DNA of 64,000 nt from a virus (lineage: Duplodnaviria > Caudoviricetes). Location: IMG/VR virus record IMGVR_UViG_3300012344_000386, positions 64,001 to 128,000 of that record. One strand, given 5' to 3'. Position numbers and translations under genes: made by a program. Numbering within the stretch: the first letter of the stretch is position 1; every line of letters starts with the position of its first letter. Shown one piece after another: positions 56,890 through 64,000 of the stretch. The notes beneath the pieces are model-generated. The model was not told the origin of the DNA and made no database searches. It saw only the letters and a list, made by a program, of their open reading frames with translations.

Positions 56890-57762
56890 TTATGACCATC
56901 TCTGAACAATTTCACCATTTTCATATATTATACAAAAGAAATATTTCTTTGAAAATAATGGTCTTATTAGTATTTTCAATAAATCATTTATTGATGCATG
57001 TTGTTTATGTGTTTTATAAAAACAACATCTTTTTATTGTAAAATCTGAATTTGATTTATATCCTAAATATGGTGATAAATCAAAATGTTTATTACTACAA
57101 CCATAAGCGAATGGTTTAGGTAATTTAAATCCAAATATATCCTCTAATGAAACATAAAGTTCATCATGTTCAAACATTTCTGCTAACTTAAAATGAGAAT
57201 ACCCTAATTTTTCAAAATGTTTAATATTATCAATAAAATCTTCTTTTGAATCTAAATATCCTTTAATAGCATTTAGTGTTAATGAAACTTTATTCTTATA
57301 TGGAATTTCTTCAAATAATCTATCTCTATTATAAAGTGAAACACTATGTCTTATTTTGTCACCAACTTCTTGATCGTAATGTTGTGGTGATATGATTAAA
57401 TGATCTATCACTTTTATAATTTCAAAGAATGTTTCCTTTTCTGTCCAGCATGGTATAGGCATTGATGTAATTACAGTAACCGGTAATTTAGCAAATCTTT
57501 TTATATTCTTTACCAACTTAAGTAAGTCTTCTATATAAAGCATAGGTTCACCACCAGACACAGTAATTTCATCAATTTTATCTTTTATATTTAAAACAGA
57601 TAAAAATATCTTATCAATATCTGGTTTTGAATTTCCAACGCCTTTATTAAATGCATCTATACAAAATGGACATTTATTTGAACAATTCTTTGTAAAATGT
57701 ATTTGTGCTTCATTTAATATTTGATCACAAATATTATTATTTAATTTAAATAATTTTTTCAT
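56890..57762 (-). CDS. radical SAM protein
   Basis: CSNKCPFC (CxxxCxxC) and SGGEP motifs. Confidence 0.85.
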   Translation of the reverse strand: MKKLFKLNNNICDQILNEAQIHFTKNCSNKCPFCIDAFNKGVGNSKPDIDKIFLSVLNIKDKIDEITVSGGEPMLYIEDLLKLVKNIKRFAKLPVTVITSMPIPCWTEKETFFEIIKVIDHLIISPQHYDQEVGDKIRHSVSLYNRDRLFEEIPYKNKVSLTLNAIKGYLDSKEDFIDNIKHFEKLGYSHFKLAEMFEHDELYVSLEDIFGFKLPKPFAYGCSNKHFDLSPYLGYKSNSDFTIKRCCFYKTHKQHASINDLLKILIRPLFSKKYFFCIIYENGEIVQRWS

Positions 57763-57806
57763 AATTCATCTTTGACCATAACTAACTATTATTTTTAATT
57801 TATATA

Positions 57807-57814
57807 CAAAAATA
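57807..57814 (-). promoter_or_regulatory. Bacteroidota -7 promoter element (TATTTTTG)
   Basis: TGTATTTTTG variant upstream of the radical SAM gene. Confidence 0.55.
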
Positions 57815-57893
57815 CATTTATTTTATTAATTAGGAAACATAAAGTCTTTACTATTAAAACAAATAAATATAAAAAGTTTTAATATTAAACACA

Positions 57894-59354
57894 ATGTCAT
57901 TATATAAAGAATTAATGAATGGTATATCATATAGTTTAAAGAAATCATTAAATGAAATGGCAAAACGTATTGACCATAGAACATTAGATAGGAAATTATG
58001 GTTAAGTGTTGCGTCAGTTTGTTCAAGAAATAAAGCAACTGAATGTGAGTTGGTAAAACCTATGAAGAAACTTACTAAGGATGATTTACTTAACAGATAT
58101 GTTGCAGCTTTAATTATTATGAAAAAACCATGTCCAAAAAGTGAAAGGGATATAGATAAAATTAAAGTATTCAAATTATTTGGACACAGAATATTAGATT
58201 TGGGTGGAACTATAGAAGAAATTCAATAGCTATATAATATTAATATGGGTATTTCATCTGAACCTGTACAAAAACAACCAGTTTCTAGAAAAACACGTGT
58301 AACTGAACCTGTAATTTCAACTCCTAATGTTTCAAAACCACGTGCTAAACGTTCACCTATTAATAAAAAATATATTACAATACTAGATTCACTTATACAA
58401 CATATACCTGTATCATTATATGATAGCAATGATTTAAAAACCAGTTTTGTTGGTAGTTATAACAAAGCATTTGATAAATGTGAAGTAGATATTGAAAAAT
58501 ATGTAAATAGTTTAGTTAGAAAATCTGGATAGAACTTTGATAAACTTATCAGTTTACTTCAAAATGATATTGTTAATTTTAATAAATTATTTAAAAGTAC
58601 AAATGATGTATTATTTGAAATTTATGAAAATGTAGGCACTAGAAAAAGAGGTTGGGATACATTTTATCAATATTTAACTATTGATATAAAGGAAAATTCA
58701 TATGATTGTTTTATTCATAATGAAGCTGCGTCATTCGCACCAGATGCAAGACGACGTGATTTCAATGAAAAATTTGATGGAAATAATTTATTTAAATATA
58801 ATTTCACTGCATGTAGATATTTTGAAAATAAACCTAATATGATAAAATTATTTTCAAAAGGAGTATTTTTATATATTGTTAAACCTTATGTTAAATATAA
58901 ACAAACAGGAGATGAATCTGGAAATGCAGAACATAGTGAAGAAACATTAATTAAATATAATATGGATAATAATCCTTCTAATTATTTTGAATGGGTAAAA
59001 GAAAATATTAAGCAAATATTAAAGAATAATCCTGATAAATTAATTAATGTTAATTATAATGATTGGAGTGGAGCTATTAAATCATTATATTATAATACCG
59101 ATGTGCGTAAATTTATTATACAATGTTATTTACAGTCTGGAAGTTCAGATATGAATAAATCTGATGTATTAATTAATTTAACAAAACTTTCACCATCTGA
59201 TACATATAGGAACAAATATATATCTAATAATGGATATACATATAGAGATTCAGACGATGCAGTTTATACATGTGTTGTTAAAGATTTAAATGCTTTTGGA
59301 GAAAAATTGTTTAATATTATCAAAGAAGATATTATAAAAGGTAAATTAATTTAA
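57894..59354 (+). CDS. hypothetical protein with ..KKSLNE leader, 486 aa with TAG=Gln; N-domain paralog of 28226
   Basis: Joins track ORFs 57894, 58245 and 58839 through two TAGs. Confidence 0.8.
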
Positions 59355-59359
59355 TATAT

Positions 59360-59395
59360 AAAAAGGAAGATACTTATTATTGTATCTTCCTTTTT
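59360..59395. terminator. bidirectional terminator
   Basis: AAAAAGGAAGATAC / GTATCTTCCTTTTT. Confidence 0.8.
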
Positions 59396-59948
59396 ATTCT
59401 TTATAAAATAATCCTTGTCTATTAAATGTATCTATTTCATTTTCAATATCCATCTTTGCACCCAATTGCATTATCCATTCATTTAATGGTATATTATCTT
59501 TCAATAATTGATTTATATTACTATAAAATCTCTCACCATTTATATTAATTTGTTTTTGTGTATAATTATCTATACCATTATCATTTGCTTCATTTGTATT
59601 AGAAATAAACATAGATGTTGAGAATGTATTATGTAAGTTATTATTAATTACAAAATCTGATGCATAACACCAACAGCATATTATATTTTTTGCATGAACT
59701 AAATTTACATTAAATTCATGTAATAAATATTTTTCTTTATTAAAATTTGGAAATAATAAACCTTTTGCTGTACCATGTCCCAAAAATAATATAGTATCAT
59801 CTTCTGATATAATTGCATTATTAACTATATCTTCATAACCATCTATATCTGGTGTTATTTCTATAAGATGTATATTATCTAATCCTTGCCATGCATTTCT
59901 AATAACTTGACAATCTGGATCTAACATATTTGAAAATATAATAGTCAT
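59394..59948 (-). CDS. hypothetical protein, possible caspase/CHAT-like fold
   Basis: FLGHG followed later by ICCWC, a His/Cys dyad-like spacing (weak evidence). Confidence 0.6.
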   Translation of the reverse strand: MTIIFSNMLDPDCQVIRNAWQGLDNIHLIEITPDIDGYEDIVNNAIISEDDTILFLGHGTAKGLLFPNFNKEKYLLHEFNVNLVHAKNIICCWCYASDFVINNNLHNTFSTSMFISNTNEANDNGIDNYTQKQININGERFYSNINQLLKDNIPLNEWIMQLGAKMDIENEIDTFNRQGLFYKE

Positions 59949-59967
59949 AATTTATTCATTTTAATAA

Positions 59968-60846
59968 TTAATCATATATTTCATGTTTATACGCAGATAA
60001 TGTATTTTGCATAAGCATTGCAATCGTCATAGGTCCGACTCCTCCAGGTACAGGTGTAATATAACTACATAACGGTGCAACTTCATTATATTTTACATCT
60101 CCACATAATCTAAATCCTGACTTTTTTGTATTATCAGGAATTCGTGTTGTACCAACATCAATAACAACTGCATTTTCTTTTATCATATCTGCAGTTACAA
60201 ATTCAGGTTTACCAAGAGCTACAATTAATATATCTGCATGTTTTGTTATTTCCTTTAAATTCTCAGTATGTGAATGGCATACTGTTACTGTTGAATCTCC
60301 ATATTGTTTTTGAACCATCAATGTAGACATAGGTTTACCAACAATATTACTACGTCCAATAATAACACAATGTTTTCCTTTTGTTTCAATATTATATCTT
60401 TTCAATAATTCAAAAATACCTTTTGGCGTAGCTGATATATAACAAGGTAAACCTATATTTAATCGTCCTACATTAATTGGATGAAAACCATCTACATCCT
60501 TTTTATAATCAATTGTTTCAATTATTTTTTGTTCATTAATATGTTTAGGTAATGGAAGTTGAACTATAAAACCATCTACATTCGGATTATTATTTAATAA
60601 TATAATTTTATTAATTAAATCTTCTTCTGATATATTATCTTCATATTGGTATACTGTACTTTTAAATCCACATGCTTCACAAGCTTTAACTTTATTTCGT
60701 ACATATGTTTCAGATCCTCCATCATGACCTACTATTATTGCTACAAGATGTGGTTGTCGTCCTCCTTTATTTATAATATTATCAACTTCATTTTTTATTT
60801 CTTCTTTAATTTGAGTTGATATTAATTTCCCATCTATAATATTCAT
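59968..60846 (-). CDS. folD: bifunctional methylenetetrahydrofolate dehydrogenase/cyclohydrolase
   Basis: [45 protein letters not shown]. Confidence 0.96.
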   Translation of the reverse strand: MNIIDGKLISTQIKEEIKNEVDNIINKGGRQPHLVAIIVGHDGGSETYVRNKVKACEACGFKSTVYQYEDNISEEDLINKIILLNNNPNVDGFIVQLPLPKHINEQKIIETIDYKKDVDGFHPINVGRLNIGLPCYISATPKGIFELLKRYNIETKGKHCVIIGRSNIVGKPMSTLMVQKQYGDSTVTVCHSHTENLKEITKHADILIVALGKPEFVTADMIKENAVVIDVGTTRIPDNTKKSGFRLCGDVKYNEVAPLCSYITPVPGGVGPMTIAMLMQNTLSAYKHEIYD

Positions 60847-61787
60847 TTTTCTAAATTATTTTTATTTCGTTCTAATGGTGAAAATAAAGTTAAAAATGTT
60901 ATAGATTCTGGATCATACATATCTTTTATTGCTGTCGCCGAATCAGATATGGTTTTACCCGATGTGACTGTATCATCTATAACCAGTATTTTCTTACCAT
61001 TTAAATACTTACCATATGTTATTTCATCTTTATACAATTTATTAATGCCTAATGATTTTATAATACATTTTCGTAATTCTTGTTGGGGTATAAATTTATA
61101 AGAAAAAATACCATCATTACCTTTGTTTTCTTTAGGTTTCATCATATTAGAAATTGCTTCATATAATAAATCATGTATATGTTCCTGCTCATCTTCATTA
61201 TAATGTGTTTCTAGATAATTAGTATCAAGAAAATTTTCATACACATCATTAGCACCATATTTATAAAAGAAATCCTCATATGATGTTTCATGATTTATAA
61301 GTCTCCTTATTCTATATAAAACTTCGGTATTTAATTTATTAGAAGATGGTGTGGTAATAATAACATCAAAATTTTCTTTAAGCTCTTTTGTTACTGAAAC
61401 AAATCTACGTAATAATGCAAATATGTCATATGATGGATTTTTAAATTTCCATCCTCTTATATCTTTAAGTGCATATATAACAGGATTTCCATCATGTTTA
61501 TCTTCAGTTTCTTTACGTTTAAATATTGAAATTACCTTATAACCTTCTACTTCATTATATATAGGTTTTGGATTCCATGGATCATTTGTATCTACATAAT
61601 TCTGATGATTTGGATTAAATGATACAAGTCGTTTTCTTTGATCTATATCTATTCCTTCAAATATATTATCTATACAATTATTTATAGATATTAATATATT
61701 TGATTCATTAATATCACTAATATTATATTTCTTTAATATATCTTTAACGGATTCCGATATATTTTCTTTTAATAATTCTTTATTCAT
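60843..61787 (-). CDS. phosphoribosyltransferase-domain protein
   Basis: PRPP-binding loop [13 protein letters not shown]; TPSS. Confidence 0.75.
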   Translation of the reverse strand: MNKELLKENISESVKDILKKYNISDINESNILISINNCIDNIFEGIDIDQRKRLVSFNPNHQNYVDTNDPWNPKPIYNEVEGYKVISIFKRKETEDKHDGNPVIYALKDIRGWKFKNPSYDIFALLRRFVSVTKELKENFDVIITTPSSNKLNTEVLYRIRRLINHETSYEDFFYKYGANDVYENFLDTNYLETHYNEDEQEHIHDLLYEAISNMMKPKENKGNDGIFSYKFIPQQELRKCIIKSLGINKLYKDEITYGKYLNGKKILVIDDTVTSGKTISDSATAIKDMYDPESITFLTLFSPLERNKNNLEK

Positions 61788-61820
61788 AATTTATTTTTTA
61801 TTTAATTTTATATATTATCA

Positions 61821-61828
61821 CAAAGATA
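61821..61828 (-). promoter_or_regulatory. Bacteroidota -7 promoter element (TATCTTTG)
   Basis: TGTATCTTTG ~34 nt upstream of the PRTase-folD operon. Confidence 0.7.
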
Positions 61829-61850
61829 CACACATTATTATATAATAAAA

Positions 61851-61888
61851 AATTCCATATGTTTAAAATTTATTAACATATGGAATTA
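61851..61888 (-). terminator. intrinsic terminator
   Basis: AATTCCATATGTT / AACATATGGAATT after the topoisomerase large subunit. Confidence 0.7.
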
Positions 61889-61893
61889 TATAA

Positions 61894-63798
61894 TTAAACT
61901 TCATTCTTAAGTAATGATTTTCTCTCTTTTGCAATACCCTTTCCAAACCATGTTTTAATAGTCATATCAGAAAGTTCATCTTTCTTAAAGAAATGAAGAA
62001 CAGAATTTCTCATCATATCCTTATAATCTTCATTCGTACTTGAACCAAGACCTTTTAAATATGTTATCTTGTATCCTTTCAATGAATTTTCTTTCTTCCT
62101 AAATTCATCCATCGTATAAAATTTCTGAACATCGTTTCCTTTAACAGCTTTAATAATAGGTGTAATACATCTACAAATTAAACCTGCATCATAAAGTTCT
62201 GGCCATAAATTAAAGAATGTTAAAAGAAGACCTGCGATTTTACTACCATCAAAATCAGCATCTGTTGCTATAACCAATTTACTGAAATTCAATTTCTTCA
62301 CATCTACAGGTTCACCCCATTGTAAACCGATGATATTAAATAAATCAGACAACTCTTTATTTGCCATAATCTTTGTTGGAGCAAGTCCCATTACATTAAG
62401 AATTACTCCTCGTAACATATATGCTGCTTGTGTTTGTGGGTCTCTTGCTGCTCTAAATCCTGCGCGTGCAGAATCACCCTCGAATATCCAAAGCTCTCTA
62501 TCAGCTGATCTTTTAGAATTTGCATCAATGAATTTATCATTATTACGAATTTTCGCTTTAGCTTGTCTATTAAGTTTTCTTAATGTTTTTTGATCCTCTA
62601 CTTCACATTTTTGTTTATACCAATCTATTACAATATCTACAATCTCTGATTTCAAAACAGACTTAATAAATGAATCTGGTACCTTAAATGTATACTTATT
62701 ATCATTTGAAAATCTTTCAACTACTGTTGTCAAACATTCCTTTGTCTGTGAATCATAAGACGGATTATTAACATGGAATGTACAGAACATTGAATATTTT
62801 CCATCTACATTCTTTGGTGTAATATCAATTTTTTCTTTTGATAAAAGATATGCAGATACAGCAGAATTAATTTCATTTCTAACCGCTTTGATATGTGTTC
62901 CTCTTGAGCATTCAGCACCATTCACAAATCCAACATTAATACCATTATCAGGAAATACCCAAACTTGCATGATAGAATCAGAAAACTTCAACATTTGTTC
63001 TGTATCTACATAATCAGAAAATAAATCAATATACTCATCAAATGCACGAAAATGCCATTCAGATTCTCTAACAACATCATTACCATTTGTATATTTAAAA
63101 TGAACAGTTAAACCTATATTAGCGGCAGCTGCATCAATACAACGTTTTTCTATAATATTAATAAAATCTTCCGAGAACTCATTACCACATTCAAATCTGG
63201 AAAAATCAACGTCAAATGTACTTTCTGTAAAATGATCTTTCGTGGTCTTAACTTGTAAATCATCATTCATTTCTCGCATGTTATTCTTCCATGATCTATA
63301 ATATGAATGTTTCTTATCTGCTGTATATATAGAAAAAAACGTAGAGAATATATTACAAATTTTACTACCAAGACCGTTTGTACCTATTACATCTCTATCT
63401 TCTGAATCATCAAAATTACTACTTGTCCTTAGTTGTGAGAATATAAATTCAGGAATATAAATTCCTGCTTCCTTATGTTTAACAACAGGAATACCACCAT
63501 TATCTCTTACGATTACTCGTCCATGCTTATCAATGGTAACAGACATTTCTGTCAATCCCATATTATCTATTCTTCTATACTCATCACATGAATTTGATAT
63601 AATCTCATCCAACATCTTTAACAATGCTGGTGTATATTCAACATCAACTAATTTCATCTTTGCATCATCTGATGAATATAAAAACATTTGCTTATTCTCA
63701 TTCTTTACGGAACCTATATACATACCTGATCTATTCAAGATATGATCTAATTCCGACATACTTTGATACTTACTTTCTAAACTCTTCTTGCTTACCAT
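61894..63798 (-). CDS. type II DNA topoisomerase, GyrB/gp39+60-like subunit (GHKL ATPase + TOPRIM)
   Basis: EIISNSCDE, DNGGIP, GTNGLGSK, FEGDSA, LRGVILN, TDADFDG, YLKGLGS. Confidence 0.95.
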   Translation of the reverse strand: MVSKKSLESKYQSMSELDHILNRSGMYIGSVKNENKQMFLYSSDDAKMKLVDVEYTPALLKMLDEIISNSCDEYRRIDNMGLTEMSVTIDKHGRVIVRDNGGIPVVKHKEAGIYIPEFIFSQLRTSSNFDDSEDRDVIGTNGLGSKICNIFSTFFSIYTADKKHSYYRSWKNNMREMNDDLQVKTTKDHFTESTFDVDFSRFECGNEFSEDFINIIEKRCIDAAAANIGLTVHFKYTNGNDVVRESEWHFRAFDEYIDLFSDYVDTEQMLKFSDSIMQVWVFPDNGINVGFVNGAECSRGTHIKAVRNEINSAVSAYLLSKEKIDITPKNVDGKYSMFCTFHVNNPSYDSQTKECLTTVVERFSNDNKYTFKVPDSFIKSVLKSEIVDIVIDWYKQKCEVEDQKTLRKLNRQAKAKIRNNDKFIDANSKRSADRELWIFEGDSARAGFRAARDPQTQAAYMLRGVILNVMGLAPTKIMANKELSDLFNIIGLQWGEPVDVKKLNFSKLVIATDADFDGSKIAGLLLTFFNLWPELYDAGLICRCITPIIKAVKGNDVQKFYTMDEFRKKENSLKGYKITYLKGLGSSTNEDYKDMMRNSVLHFFKKDELSDMTIKTWFGKGIAKERKSLLKNEV

Positions 63799-64000
63799 AA
63801 ATCTTATTTAATCGAAAAAATCTTTTTATTATATATCTAAAAATGTTAAAAAGTTATTTTTTACACTTATTTTTTATCTATAACATTAGATACCGACATT
63901 TTACATAATACTGTATTAATTAATGTTTCTTTATCAGGTATCAGATAATTTAATATATCATAATTAAACTCACTTAAATCTAAATTATTAATATTATTAC

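Noticed and set aside
1-64000. CRISPR array, IS element, integrase, diversity-generating retroelement, rRNA
   Set aside because: No regular direct repeats with spacers, and no transposase, recombinase, reverse transcriptase or rRNA signatures were seen by eye.

Overview
This is a very AT-rich window of a jumbo or megaphage genome with a T4-like (gp23-fold) major capsid gene, a two-subunit type II topoisomerase and Bacteroidota-type promoters (TAnnTTTG). It is most consistent with a Lak-like Prevotella megaphage; this is inference. Structural and other putative late genes use TAG as a sense codon (Gln, genetic code 15), so many ORF-track fragments join into long genes. Metabolic and replication genes (topoisomerase, folD, nadR, pnuC, TonB receptor, DUF2828) contain no TAG. 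Main highlights: (1) a split adenine methyltransferase with a silent alternative C-terminal (target-recognition) cassette bounded by a perfect 76-bp inverted repeat, suggesting an invertible specificity switch, and a SAM-binding subunit that needs TAG readthrough; (2) a ~1.4-kb ORF-free cluster of highly structured RNAs, including degenerate tRNA-like elements and a 280-nt multi-hairpin RNA closed by a tRNA-like end; (3) two tandem hairpin RNAs in front of a Ro60/TROVE-like VWA gene; (4) a TonB receptor + PnuC + NadR set that could import and salvage NAD precursors; (5) a family of TAG-containing proteins with shared N-terminal leaders ending at L/I-x-E. All calls were made by eye, with no database searches.
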